Below are positions 17,022-27,242 of a stretch of DNA of 53,648 nt, one piece after another. How positions within the stretch are numbered: the first letter of the stretch is position 1; every line of letters begins with the position of its first letter. The position numbers and the translations under genes were made by a program. The DNA is from Escherichia virus TH29. The notes under the pieces are model-generated. The model saw only the letters and a program-made list of their open reading frames with translations. It searched no databases and had not been told where the DNA came from. The stretch lies in sequence record MT446403.1; one strand, given 5' to 3'.

Positions 17022-18220
17022 TATCGTCTCGCAAGCATAGAGATTTGGTTAGCAGAAAGTCTTGGATATACCTCAAAGAATCTTAGAGCCATTACATCCT
17101 TATCTGCAAAGAGTTTGTTATCAATGTAGTCTTTCAGGTCAAGTCCGTCTGGAAAACTGAAAGAATCTTCATTAGAAGTTCGCATAACTACATCAACTTC
17201 ATCGGTAGTAACTACAACAACAACTGTGGTTGGGATATTAAAGGTTGGTCCAAAGAACTTCAACCCATTGTTGGAGATGTTAAATCCACCATACCAAAAT
17301 TCTGGGGAAGCGGTTGTCTCAACAGTCCATAAACCAACAGACTCCGCATCATTAATGTCTTCATGAAAGTCAGCACGAAGCATTGGCACAGGGAGTGCAA
17401 ACTGGTTTCCGTACTTAATGTTGAACTTGTTGTAGTTTGCTTCTGTAATGATTTCAAAAGCACCAGCGGAGTTGATGAACCACGCATGACCACTGCTGTC
17501 CACACCAATTGCAGTGGTCCCATTAACCAATTCGAATATGCCAGTCGAATCATTTCGGTGTACATATTGTGAAACACCGCCACCAGCATATGCTTCTTCG
17601 GTGGAAGTTATCGGTCCTGTGAAAGTCCCACCAGATGTTGGAAGTGTTCCAAGCTGTTCTGGAGTTACCCTGTGGACAGATGCGCCGGTTCTGGAGATGT
17701 GGTATGGGATTGTTGTAACTCGTTCGTCGCTGGCAAATCTGTCGTACACATATTCTTGAAGGTATGTCCCATCAACAATTGTGTCTACAGAATCTTTGTG
17801 AGGGTTCTGTTCTGCCATATGAGCATTGAACACATTCTTGAGATATTGAACCTTTTCATTAAACTTAACAAGGTCGGTCTCAAGAACTTCTTGCCAACCA
17901 CTTCCAGAAGTTGGAGGATTTATATTGCCAGGAACTTCTTCCCGCTTCTGATAAATCTTACCATCAACTATTGCAAAAGCGCCGAGTGAATATGTTACAG
18001 TATCGCACCATTGTAGTATGCCACCAATTAACATATCACGAATCTTAACGTCAGTAATTTGAGTTAAGAAGTTTTGCCATTGTTCGGGAGGCTTTTCAGC
18101 TTCCCAGCCGACATTTTCGTATCGGTCTGGGATATAGGATGGTGCAGCCGTATCCAAATCGGGGTCAAGTGCTTCGCCATCCTGCGCCCAATATTCTGGG
18201 TAATTCAAACGATTTGTCAT
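17021..18220 (-). CDS. Tail fibre protein
   Basis: 399 aa with QNPHKD and GGTFTGPITS motifs. Confidence 0.6.
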   Translation of the reverse strand: MTNRLNYPEYWAQDGEALDPDLDTAAPSYIPDRYENVGWEAEKPPEQWQNFLTQITDVKIRDMLIGGILQWCDTVTYSLGAFAIVDGKIYQKREEVPGNINPPTSGSGWQEVLETDLVKFNEKVQYLKNVFNAHMAEQNPHKDSVDTIVDGTYLQEYVYDRFASDERVTTIPYHISRTGASVHRVTPEQLGTLPTSGGTFTGPITSTEEAYAGGGVSQYVHRNDSTGIFELVNGTTAIGVDSSGHAWFINSAGAFEIITEANYNKFNIKYGNQFALPVPMLRADFHEDINDAESVGLWTVETTASPEFWYGGFNISNNGLKFFGPTFNIPTTVVVVVTTDEVDVVMRTSNEDSFSFPDGLDLKDYIDNKLFADKDVMALRFFEVYPRLSANQISMLARR

Positions 18221-18861
18221 CGGTTCTCCGGTGGATAAACTTTAGAAACATATGGGAGTTCAATAGCACCACCATTGTCCGAAAGAGTTATGGAGATGCC
18301 AACAGGCTTAAAGTCTGGAAGCATGTAAGCCAACAACACTTTCTCTGCAACTGACAGTGTGTTATGCACTTGGTAATGCAAGGTCTGAAATCCTTCAATG
18401 ATTTCAAGATTCAGGCTACGACCAAGAACAAGGTCCACATAAACAATCAGTTCTTCGATTGTGCAGCTTCCTACAACCTTGCGGATACGTGCACGTATTG
18501 CATCTTTAAGTTGAGTGTCAGTACGAACAAAATCGCCAGAGTCTCGGTCACCATCTGACTTCAAGACACCACCAACGCCAGGATTATTGTCATCTCCAGC
18601 AGGGAATGCACTTGGGTCAGAATAGAAACCGAAGTACCCAAGTGGTGCAGCACCATAAATAGTACGGCTGGCACCAATGAGATATGCAATATCATCAACC
18701 ATGACGCCGAATGAATCAGCAAGGTAGCGATATTTAACAGACTCTTCTTGAGCATTTTGAACAAGTTTTAACTCGTCCAAGAAAATCTGGATGTATGCAC
18801 GTAAGTTTGGAGAATCGCTATACTGCATTAGCAGCATATCTAAACCAGATTTACCAGCCAT
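18217..18861 (-). CDS. Baseplate protein (P2 gpI-like by position)
   Basis: 214-aa ORF between the baseplate J-like gene and the tail fibres. Confidence 0.45.
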   Translation of the reverse strand: MAGKSGLDMLLMQYSDSPNLRAYIQIFLDELKLVQNAQEESVKYRYLADSFGVMVDDIAYLIGASRTIYGAAPLGYFGFYSDPSAFPAGDDNNPGVGGVLKSDGDRDSGDFVRTDTQLKDAIRARIRKVVGSCTIEELIVYVDLVLGRSLNLEIIEGFQTLHYQVHNTLSVAEKVLLAYMLPDFKPVGISITLSDNGGAIELPYVSKVYPPENR

Positions 18862-18869
18862 GATTAACC

Positions 18870-20024
18870 TTATGGTGTTTCAGTGAAAACTACAGACGCA
18901 GATGTGGCTACAGCCTTCTTGTCAATGTCCAGTTCGATTGTAGCAATTCCAGTTGGGCTTGCAGAAGTACCAATGAATAATGAATCAACCTGAACACCAT
19001 TAGTAGCGTCCATAATAGGCTTGAAACATTCTGACCAGATAACAGAATCACCTGGGTTCAGGGAGTTGATATACTTCATCATAGCCGTTTGCAACTGGCG
19101 TGCCGCATCGTTGGAACTAATATTAGAACCAGGGCGACGCTTGAATGTACCAGTTACATAAATGGTTGCATCTTCTGGACGACTGAACTTAATTTCGTGC
19201 GGATAGCCTTTACTATCGTAGATAGATACGGATGTAGTACCATGGGTAGGAACACCACCTGTTTTGGAGGAATAAATTCGACGAGCAATTTCGTCTTCTG
19301 TTCCACCCTCTACGACAACAAATACTGTACCCGAAGGCTGAGTCCCAATAGGAGCGCCGGTATCATTATCACGAATACGAATGTAAGAAAGATTAAGGTC
19401 AGCGAGTGCAGCGTAAATAGCTTCAACAAATGCTGAGCCGCTGTGCGCAGTAGTTCTGTCACGGCGGATACGAAGTGCTGGGTCAGACTCATAATCCACA
19501 CCTGTTTGCCCAACCTCTGGGTTGTTAACTGATTCCCAACCTGCGACTGTGGTAACAATTTTATTAACAGTGTTAGCAGCAATGTAATATTCGCCAGACT
19601 CAGTTGCTACTGCCGTAACAGTTCCTGGAATAATACAATCATACTGTGTTTTGAAATTCATTGTCCCGTCACTGACAATAGAGCCAGCAGGGACAAGAGT
19701 GCCAGCCTGACCAGCACAACGAACACCAACACGAGATGGCCAATTGACCAACCTCTTTGTGAAGGTTAGTTCGCAGATGTTGTCCAGACCAACCTTCTGC
19801 ATTGCACCAGGGCGATAGGCATTGAACACCATTTCAGCCTGTTGCCAACACTTAGAGATTTCTTCTGAAATAATTCCAATAACCTGCCCATCTGGGCCTT
19901 CTGGACTAATGTCGAAGTTGGCACCGAACACGCTACGGAATCTGCTATTAATGTGCGACACGATTTCTTGAACAGGCTTCTGTACGAACCCGTTTTCAGT
20001 CACGCCGTACTGGATTGTTGCCAT
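18870..20024 (-). CDS. Baseplate protein J-like
   Basis: 384-aa ORF downstream of a gpW/gp25-like gene, typical baseplate wedge order. Confidence 0.5.
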   Translation of the reverse strand: MATIQYGVTENGFVQKPVQEIVSHINSRFRSVFGANFDISPEGPDGQVIGIISEEISKCWQQAEMVFNAYRPGAMQKVGLDNICELTFTKRLVNWPSRVGVRCAGQAGTLVPAGSIVSDGTMNFKTQYDCIIPGTVTAVATESGEYYIAANTVNKIVTTVAGWESVNNPEVGQTGVDYESDPALRIRRDRTTAHSGSAFVEAIYAALADLNLSYIRIRDNDTGAPIGTQPSGTVFVVVEGGTEDEIARRIYSSKTGGVPTHGTTSVSIYDSKGYPHEIKFSRPEDATIYVTGTFKRRPGSNISSNDAARQLQTAMMKYINSLNPGDSVIWSECFKPIMDATNGVQVDSLFIGTSASPTGIATIELDIDKKAVATSASVVFTETP

Positions 20025-20371
20025 GTTAAGTAATCCTCAAGACTTCCATAATCTGAGATAGCAATGAATGAAACTCTTACTTCACGCTCACGAAAGTCAG
20101 CATCAATATTTATAGAGATAAGTTGTTGAACACCTGGGGTGCTCCGAATGACGTTGGCGATGGCTGCTTCAATATCAGCAGTTCTGACAGTCTTAGTGAA
20201 GATTCCCTCGAACCAAGGGAGGCCAGTGGTCGTGTCATGTTTCCATTCTCCGAACACTGTTAATAATCTACACTTAACTATTTGAGCAACCTCTTCTACA
20301 CCACCGACTCTGGTTGCACCACGACCAATAATAATATCGTGGTTAGAATCTAACAGTAAGTTTCCAGCCAT
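20000..20371 (-). CDS. Baseplate wedge protein (gpW / gp25-like)
   Basis: 123 aa, size and position typical of gp25/gpW. Confidence 0.45.
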   Translation of the reverse strand: MAGNLLLDSNHDIIIGRGATRVGGVEEVAQIVKCRLLTVFGEWKHDTTTGLPWFEGIFTKTVRTADIEAAIANVIRSTPGVQQLISINIDADFREREVRVSFIAISDYGSLEDYLTWQQSSTA

Positions 20372-21162
20372 TATTTCATCGGCCCTACATCGCCGCCTTC
20401 TGGGTTAGTGTGGGTGTGTTCGTTAACCGTGACTCCGTTAATGGTGAACGTACCCTGTTGAACCATGTTACCTGTGATGGACATTGTTCCACCACTACCA
20501 CCGGACACGGACATTCCACCAAGTACGGTGAGTGATTTGGTAACTGTTGTGTCGCCATCCAAAAGGATTTGCGGCGAGATAACAGACGCTTTCTCTGTCG
20601 CTTCAATTACTATCTCCGAATCTTTCGTGATTGTAATCTTTGCAGCACCAGTAATAAGTTCTACCTTTCCGTCACCATGGAGTGTTAGACGTTGGTCACG
20701 ACTTGCATTTCGGAGTTCGGTAACTCCTGCATTAAATCCTGGTATTGCACCTGGAATTGGTTGTGTCCCAATAATGCACACAGCAGAATTGTGAGAGAAC
20801 AATTGGCTGAATGCTGGGGCAGGTCTTCCACCAATCATGCCAGCAGAGTCTTTATTCTCTGCCAGCCAATGTTCGATTCCACGTTGAGCAAAATGAACAT
20901 AGCAAGGAGTACCATCTGGGACTGGATGCGTTAAACTCCAGCCACCACCCTGAATGAATTGTACGGGAACATTTCTGAGCCGCTTCTTCTTCTCCAGGGT
21001 GTAGGCATTGGTGTAACCTGTGAATAGGTTTTCGATTGCAAGCTGCACCTCACATGTTTGAGTTACAGCATCGAAGTTGTAAATATGGCCTGGGTATCCT
21101 GTGTTAACAGTTGCAGACTTTACATCGTTGTTATGACTCGCCACGTTCAAGTACACTCGCAT
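20371..21162 (-). CDS. Baseplate central spike (gpV-like)
   Basis: 263 aa; Gly-rich beta-strand C-terminal region ending VNEHTHTNPEGGDVGPMK. Confidence 0.5.
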   Translation of the reverse strand: MRVYLNVASHNNDVKSATVNTGYPGHIYNFDAVTQTCEVQLAIENLFTGYTNAYTLEKKKRLRNVPVQFIQGGGWSLTHPVPDGTPCYVHFAQRGIEHWLAENKDSAGMIGGRPAPAFSQLFSHNSAVCIIGTQPIPGAIPGFNAGVTELRNASRDQRLTLHGDGKVELITGAAKITITKDSEIVIEATEKASVISPQILLDGDTTVTKSLTVLGGMSVSGGSGGTMSITGNMVQQGTFTINGVTVNEHTHTNPEGGDVGPMK

Positions 21163-21493
21163 CTACGATGAAGAGAAACATTTGTCGCCAAGTGTAAATC
21201 TCTTCTCCTGGGCTTACAGTATTCGTAACGTACATGTTCGGCAGTGGTGTACTGTATTGTTTAAGAATATCAATACCACCACGAATAGGGATTCCATAAA
21301 TCTTTTCGGATGAACCCCAAGCAAGGTCAAACATATAACAGTTCAAATACTCGTTTAAATACAATGCAGACATTTTGACTGTGATTCCACGGAACTCAAA
21401 AGATACATCCTTTGAGATATCGTATGGAACAGTCTTCACATATCCCGGTGGGAGTAGTGATAATATTTCTTGCAGTGCTTGTTGTTCTGTCAT
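21131..21493 (-). CDS. Hypothetical baseplate assembly protein
   Basis: 120-aa ORF within the baseplate cluster. Confidence 0.45.
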   Translation of the reverse strand: MTEQQALQEILSLLPPGYVKTVPYDISKDVSFEFRGITVKMSALYLNEYLNCYMFDLAWGSSEKIYGIPIRGGIDILKQYSTPLPNMYVTNTVSPGEEIYTWRQMFLFIVDASVLERGES

Positions 21494-22392
21494 TTGAACA
21501 GCCTTCCTTTAACCGAAGACAGTGGGGATTCAAGTTTGGCAAGTTTATCTTTCAACGTACCAAGTTGACTCACTGCCGTAGCACCAACTGCACCCAGACC
21601 TGGGAGAGTTATACCAGCACCACCGAGAGCACCTATTCCAGCACTTTGAGCAATCTTCCCAAACTCTGAATAGTCTGTCATGGACTGCATTGCTTTACGG
21701 GCTTCGATTGCCAGAACATCTTCACCGATAACTTGCAACTCTTCCAGTGTGATTTCAACAGCCAGGATTGCAGAAGTCATCTTGTCGGTCTTTGTTCGAA
21801 TGCCTGTTACTACGCAATTCAAATAAGGCCCAATGATAGTGGAGATGTACAGCTTGGTTCCGGTCGAACGGAAGTTGTTGAACAAATCATAAGTGGACTG
21901 GATTCGGTTGCTTGTTTCAAATGCAGAAGCAACAGCACCAGCAGCAGCACCAATGATTGGGATGATTGGGTTATTAAAGATTGCACCAGTGGCAACAGAT
22001 AAACCCTGAACAGAAGCAGTCCACATTGCAGCGTTCTGCATGTTTGTTGCAACAGCAGTTAACTTTAAGATTCGGTTCTGTTTGATGATGTGGTCACTTA
22101 CCATGAAGCCCGAACTTACAGGGAACTTGGTAACGATTGATTGAGCATCGTGCTCTTCACTAACCATTGCATCAAACTTGAAAGAGTTGAAGCTCTCTGG
22201 AACCGAAGAAACGACAAGAGATTCCATTGTCTTGGCAATGCCTCCAAAGGCTTTACCAAACAATCCTTCATCTTCTTTCTGTACCGATGGGCCATTTGAC
22301 CACATGATTACAGATGGGTTATGCCCATAGCTAAATGCTTTTGACAGGGATGATAATCCATCCCCGATAAGACTTGTATCAATTAATGCCAT
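21490..22392 (-). CDS. Baseplate / tail structural protein
   Basis: ORF 21490-22440; start likely at MALIDTSLIGDG, overlapping the upstream stop by 1 nt. Confidence 0.5.
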   Translation of the reverse strand: MALIDTSLIGDGLSSLSKAFSYGHNPSVIMWSNGPSVQKEDEGLFGKAFGGIAKTMESLVVSSVPESFNSFKFDAMVSEEHDAQSIVTKFPVSSGFMVSDHIIKQNRILKLTAVATNMQNAAMWTASVQGLSVATGAIFNNPIIPIIGAAAGAVASAFETSNRIQSTYDLFNNFRSTGTKLYISTIIGPYLNCVVTGIRTKTDKMTSAILAVEITLEELQVIGEDVLAIEARKAMQSMTDYSEFGKIAQSAGIGALGGAGITLPGLGAVGATAVSQLGTLKDKLAKLESPLSSVKGRLFK

Positions 22393-23498
22393 TAGAAAGA
22401 CTCCATAGCCATTCCACTGTTTAAGTAGGCTTGCTGCCAAGCCGCTTCTTTACCGCCCATTGCAGTATTGCCACCAAGCATTGCAGTGATGGTTGTTTGG
22501 AAAACAGTTTCATGGGTTGAGCCATGGTGGACAACTTCTGTGATGAAGTATTTATCTTCCATCGCCCAACGGAACACGCTTTGGTCTGTGTTAAGAACAA
22601 CACCCTTTCCAGTTACAGAAGTAACACCATTCGCCAGCAATTGTTCTCCCAGCAAAGGAGATACATCCAGAATCATCCCTGGTTGATAACTGGCATTCAG
22701 AAATGTATTCAAGGAGTATGTTGCAATTCCAGCAATAGGGTTTCCAATAACCTGGTTGGCATCCAGCTTGATTGGTTCACGGTCTTTTGACATTCTATCT
22801 ACAGCATCTTTGTTGCCGTAGGTATCTGGGAAGATTTGAATCTCACCAGTGGTTACAGAGAATAGTAAATTGTATTCTCCAAGCAGGGTTCGGAACTCTT
22901 CCAAGAATGTGTCATGGAATACTCGACCCAACTTCAACTGAGATTTGAATACAGATTCTTCAACACCAAAAGATGAAATGGTGGAGAAGCCATAGTCTGC
23001 ACACATAGAACGAATGGCGTCTTCCAAAGTTGCACCATTTGGAATATCTTTCATCTGAGTAAATTCAGTAGATGCACCGTAGGCTTTGGAGATACAAAAC
23101 AATTGTGTTACGTGTTCTGGAGGACGTCTGAATCCAACTGCGTTTGTTACTATGCCAGAGAAGATTGTTGGCAGGACTTGGCCAATTTCAATCCTTACTT
23201 CCGAATCAGCCTGGCTTGGGCTTTGATACTTACTATGACCAGCATTAACAATACGCTCGTCTTCATAGTATCCTGCACGAATTTCAATATACATATCACC
23301 ATAAGACTTGTCTTGAAGGAATTTAACTTCATCGACGCCCAGGTTGTATAGAGTAATATCGGCAGTATCTGCTGGCCAACCAACAGTTGACCGGATGGTG
23401 AAATCAATCTTGTGCGCTTTAAACACAGACTTGGTTTCTGGGTCATCCTTTCTTGAGACAACTATCTCTATACCACGCATCCACGGCATGTTATACAC
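22392..23498 (-). CDS. Tail / baseplate hub protein
   Basis: 368-aa ORF immediately downstream of the tape measure gene. Confidence 0.5.
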   Translation of the reverse strand: MYNMPWMRGIEIVVSRKDDPETKSVFKAHKIDFTIRSTVGWPADTADITLYNLGVDEVKFLQDKSYGDMYIEIRAGYYEDERIVNAGHSKYQSPSQADSEVRIEIGQVLPTIFSGIVTNAVGFRRPPEHVTQLFCISKAYGASTEFTQMKDIPNGATLEDAIRSMCADYGFSTISSFGVEESVFKSQLKLGRVFHDTFLEEFRTLLGEYNLLFSVTTGEIQIFPDTYGNKDAVDRMSKDREPIKLDANQVIGNPIAGIATYSLNTFLNASYQPGMILDVSPLLGEQLLANGVTSVTGKGVVLNTDQSVFRWAMEDKYFITEVVHHGSTHETVFQTTITAMLGGNTAMGGKEAAWQQAYLNSGMAMESF

Positions 23499-23520
23499 CT
23501 ATTGAAATTAATACATATTC

Positions 23521-23559
23521 AAATAATATTAAAGAAGAATGCCGAGACGAATCCCGGCA
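23521..23559 (-). terminator. Rho-independent terminator after the tape measure gene
   Basis: Minus-strand RNA forms UGCCGGGA-UUCG-UCUCGGCA (8 bp with one G-U, UUCG tetraloop) followed by UUCUUCUUUAAUAUUAUUU; stem is perfect only on the minus strand. Confidence 0.55.
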
Positions 23560-23564
23560 CTTTC

Positions 23565-26500
23565 TTATCTACGTTCCATTGCACCATTACCCATGTTGAT
23601 TGTTTGGGTAACAGTTTGACCGTTCGGAGTTGACACGGTTGCAGACGCTTGCTTATTGTTCACAGTAGCTTTGACTTCAACGTTAACTACAGTGGCCTGT
23701 GTCTGACCATAAGACAGTCCATTTCTGGTGAAGCCAGTTGCACCTTCTGCAATAGAATCGCCCTGAGAAGCCCATTCACGGTACTTCTTGACGCGGTTCT
23801 GTGCCTGTAGAGGAACAGCATTGAGCCAGTCGGTTCCGTGTTTGTTGATAGCATCATCAACAGTTCCAGCACCATCCGTATACGCCGCCATAGCCTTCTC
23901 AGCGTCACCATTATAACGCTTGAGCATTGCATCATAGTAGTCACGACCAACGCGAGCACGCTCTTCCAGCGAGTTATCACGGGCAGGTTTAACACCAAAT
24001 CCTGGGTCACGGGAAGTTGAATCAAGAACCTGCATACGACCTTTAGCACCAGTCGGAGATGTAACCACCGAACCATCTGCGTTCAAATCGCGGTTCCCTG
24101 ACTCCTCTCCTGCGATAAAGTCATATACCGTTCTGGTAGTATCAGCTAAACCATTTGACGCTGTACGCGCTACTCTGGCTGCATCTCCACCTGCTTCGAT
24201 AAATGAACTCCCGTAGGATATTGCAGCTTGCGGAACTGCGTATCCTGGCAGCACCCCAGCACGCTCCGTCTGCGCTATTCCTAGCTGTGCAACGCCATCG
24301 GCATACTGTGAGTTGGCTCCACGGCTTACGTTCTCCTGAGCCTCGTTCACGCTGTAATCTGTACGGTCATAGGCGCGAGCCATGCCATCCAGACCTGCCA
24401 TCTCCATAGCCCCAGCGATACGAGCCTGACTCCAGCCCCGCTCCTGACCACGTTCACGCATTACCCGCGCTAAGGCCACAGGGTCGCCCTGTGCCGCACG
24501 AATGTCGCCAATAGTGATAAGACCACGGGTTCCCTGAACGATGTTGACAGCGCCGCTGGGGTCGCCATTCAGGAGGGTGTTATAGGCACTATGTGTGGTT
24601 CGATTGAGTCGGCCAGCTTGTTGCTGATTAAGCCCCAACATTTCCAAGCCCTGCGACATGGAAGAATACTCATTAGGGTTATTGACACCAGCGTCTAAAG
24701 AGTTTCCGTAGAAATCGTTCAGACCTTCGAGCGCCTCGTTACCAATCTGGGTAGCACCAATAGCCATACCCGCCACACGACCCCACGGAGTCATCATGAG
24801 AGCATTCATCGCACCATTGGATAGTGAGCCTATACTACCGCCAGCCACGCCAGCAGCCAATGCGCCACCAGCACGACCGAAGTCATCTGAGAAGCTGCCG
24901 CCAGTGTTCCAACCACGACCACCGCCGCCACCGGAACCACCTCCACCAATGCCATAACTACTAGCATCGAAGGTGTCCCAGAAGCCGCCACCACCGCCAC
25001 GACCACCATTGTCCCCGAAGTCGGCATCTTGTCCACGCAGCTTGTTTTCTTCCTGAGCAGCGAGGATACCTTTCTTGACAGATACTGCCATCAGGTCATT
25101 ACCAGTTGTGCTGTCAGAGCCTACGGCAGAGGCTGTGGCTTCACCAACTCCAGCACTGGTACGGTTGCCTATGAATGGGTCATCGGCTGTACCAGCAGCG
25201 GCAGAGTAGCCACGCGTTGACTTCTGCTTAACATCCTTCCAGATGCCATCGCCAGTCATTGCAGCACGAGCACCTTTGATTAAATCATCATTGGACAAGT
25301 CTGAATTAGCTTCAACAAACTCTCGACCAGCATTAAGACGACCAATAGTAGAATCAATCTTATCTTTGTTGCGTTCGTACCATCCCTCGTCTTTCTCAAT
25401 CCATTCCGATACCGTCTTGTCTCCGATTGTCTGAGAGAACAATGCACGACTACGGCCAGATACAAGCATACCAAATTGAATTTGGTCGAGGTAATCCTTA
25501 TGCTCACCAGCAGATAGGTTAGAAAACTTCTTAGCCCTTTCAGGGTTCTTGTGTTCCCAAATCGCGTCATCACCGATAAGGCCATCTGGGGAATACATGA
25601 ACGACGGATAATTGTCATTTGTTATTGCGCCAGCTTGCTCAATGTCGAATCCAAACTCTTTGGCGACACGGTTACGAGCAACTTCTTCCGTCCGATGACC
25701 TGCTTCGAACATTCGTTGGGTAAATTCACTTGGCCCCTTTCCGCGTTGTAGGCCAATTTTATCAACCATTGCAGCCCAAGGTCGAGTATATTCATTGTTA
25801 CCAAGAAATGAACCGACAGTTGAGCCAGTAATGTCATATTGCTTGCGGAAGTCTAACCATTCCTGAGTGCCCTGTTCCATGTTGTGATAACGGATTGGAC
25901 CTTCTTGCGGAGCTGGTTGTGGAGCAGAGTCCAAATTAGATATAGCAATGCTCTCGCGACGGGCGCGAGCAGAGTTCCAACTTGTTGGAGAATCAAGTTG
26001 TGCAAGAAACTCTGTAGAGGGACTCAGTTCTACAGGTCCAGTATTCCTTAAACGTTCAGCAGGGTCGAATGTTCGAGCGACTTCTGCCTCATTATATTGA
26101 TGAGCATTCTCAAGAACGCCACGAATAGATGAACCAGAGTAACGAGGGTCGTCACCAATATCTTTCTTAAGGTTATCGTAACCGGAACGAACATCTGCAA
26201 TGTCTGCGTAACGAGAAGCAGAGTCCAGAATTAAATCTCTGTCAGAAGATTGAGTGCGATATGCATTCATTCCTCTTTCAGCACCACCAGAATAAACCTT
26301 TGCCGCAGATTTAACTACGCCAGAAACATCTTGGTAGAGCGTTTTGCTTGCATCAGACCAACCTGGAGAACCAGACAAGGATGCAGATAAAGAATATTCA
26401 GCCTTAATGCCACCACCAAACGAACCAAGAGGTAAACCAGATGCGTTAAGAGGCTGTCGAGGATGCTGAATATCACCGACAATAGATTCGGAGCCAAGTT

Positions 26501-27242
26501 GTGGCAATGAATCCATGTATGAAAGTTTTGGCCCCGACTTATTTCCTACATTCATTGCAGATACGGCAGCAACTTCTCGGAAGTTTTGCGGTAATTCTGA
26601 TTCTAAACGTTTGGCTACACGATAAACATCTCGTGCATAGCGGTCTGGGTTGTCGTATTGTTCACGGTCAACATACATGTGAGCAAGATAACCAAATGAC
26701 TTGGCAATATCTCCACGGTTTGTGGAATATTCATCCATAATATTACCGGTGTAGTGTCCGGCAAGTTCAGGCATTATATCTTGATGACCTGCAAGAGTAT
26801 CTCGCATGTACGAGTTAAGCATTCCCCAATGACCTTCCGGCTTGTTGGGGTTGGCTTTAGGCATGTGCATCCAAACATCATCAGTGGATACACCAAGTTG
26901 TTCCATGTATGCGTGAACTGCTTCTACATGGTGTCCTGGTCCGTTCATTGCAGCATGGAATGTTTCAGTCAGCCCAGCACCAGAAATCATCTGTGCTACA
27001 TGTGCTGCATCTGAAATCATATCAGAAGTCCCGTATGAAGTTTCATCCTCATACATCTGGGAATCTGGTTCGCCCAAAAGCTGTGAATTTGTTTCCATCC
27101 AACCTGACGCAGCACTTGATTCAAGTTGCTGGGCCATATCTCGTTTGCGCATACCAGGATTGAAGGACAGACCGTACTGAGCACCCATGCCGATTAGTTC
27201 GGCCTCGGATAGCTTCATTAAATCTTTTAAGTTCTTAGCCAT
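23565..27242 (-). CDS. Tail tape measure protein with C-terminal lytic transglycosylase (SLT) domain
   Basis: 1225 aa; Gly-rich central tract (GGGGGFWDTF..., GGGGSGGGGGRGW); C-terminal ESGNRDLNADG...GAKGRMQVLDSTSRD...AYTDGAG matches SLT motifs. Confidence 0.8.
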   Translation of the reverse strand: MAKNLKDLMKLSEAELIGMGAQYGLSFNPGMRKRDMAQQLESSAASGWMETNSQLLGEPDSQMYEDETSYGTSDMISDAAHVAQMISGAGLTETFHAAMNGPGHHVEAVHAYMEQLGVSTDDVWMHMPKANPNKPEGHWGMLNSYMRDTLAGHQDIMPELAGHYTGNIMDEYSTNRGDIAKSFGYLAHMYVDREQYDNPDRYARDVYRVAKRLESELPQNFREVAAVSAMNVGNKSGPKLSYMDSLPQLGSESIVGDIQHPRQPLNASGLPLGSFGGGIKAEYSLSASLSGSPGWSDASKTLYQDVSGVVKSAAKVYSGGAERGMNAYRTQSSDRDLILDSASRYADIADVRSGYDNLKKDIGDDPRYSGSSIRGVLENAHQYNEAEVARTFDPAERLRNTGPVELSPSTEFLAQLDSPTSWNSARARRESIAISNLDSAPQPAPQEGPIRYHNMEQGTQEWLDFRKQYDITGSTVGSFLGNNEYTRPWAAMVDKIGLQRGKGPSEFTQRMFEAGHRTEEVARNRVAKEFGFDIEQAGAITNDNYPSFMYSPDGLIGDDAIWEHKNPERAKKFSNLSAGEHKDYLDQIQFGMLVSGRSRALFSQTIGDKTVSEWIEKDEGWYERNKDKIDSTIGRLNAGREFVEANSDLSNDDLIKGARAAMTGDGIWKDVKQKSTRGYSAAAGTADDPFIGNRTSAGVGEATASAVGSDSTTGNDLMAVSVKKGILAAQEENKLRGQDADFGDNGGRGGGGGFWDTFDASSYGIGGGGSGGGGGRGWNTGGSFSDDFGRAGGALAAGVAGGSIGSLSNGAMNALMMTPWGRVAGMAIGATQIGNEALEGLNDFYGNSLDAGVNNPNEYSSMSQGLEMLGLNQQQAGRLNRTTHSAYNTLLNGDPSGAVNIVQGTRGLITIGDIRAAQGDPVALARVMRERGQERGWSQARIAGAMEMAGLDGMARAYDRTDYSVNEAQENVSRGANSQYADGVAQLGIAQTERAGVLPGYAVPQAAISYGSSFIEAGGDAARVARTASNGLADTTRTVYDFIAGEESGNRDLNADGSVVTSPTGAKGRMQVLDSTSRDPGFGVKPARDNSLEERARVGRDYYDAMLKRYNGDAEKAMAAYTDGAGTVDDAINKHGTDWLNAVPLQAQNRVKKYREWASQGDSIAEGATGFTRNGLSYGQTQATVVNVEVKATVNNKQASATVSTPNGQTVTQTINMGNGAMERR

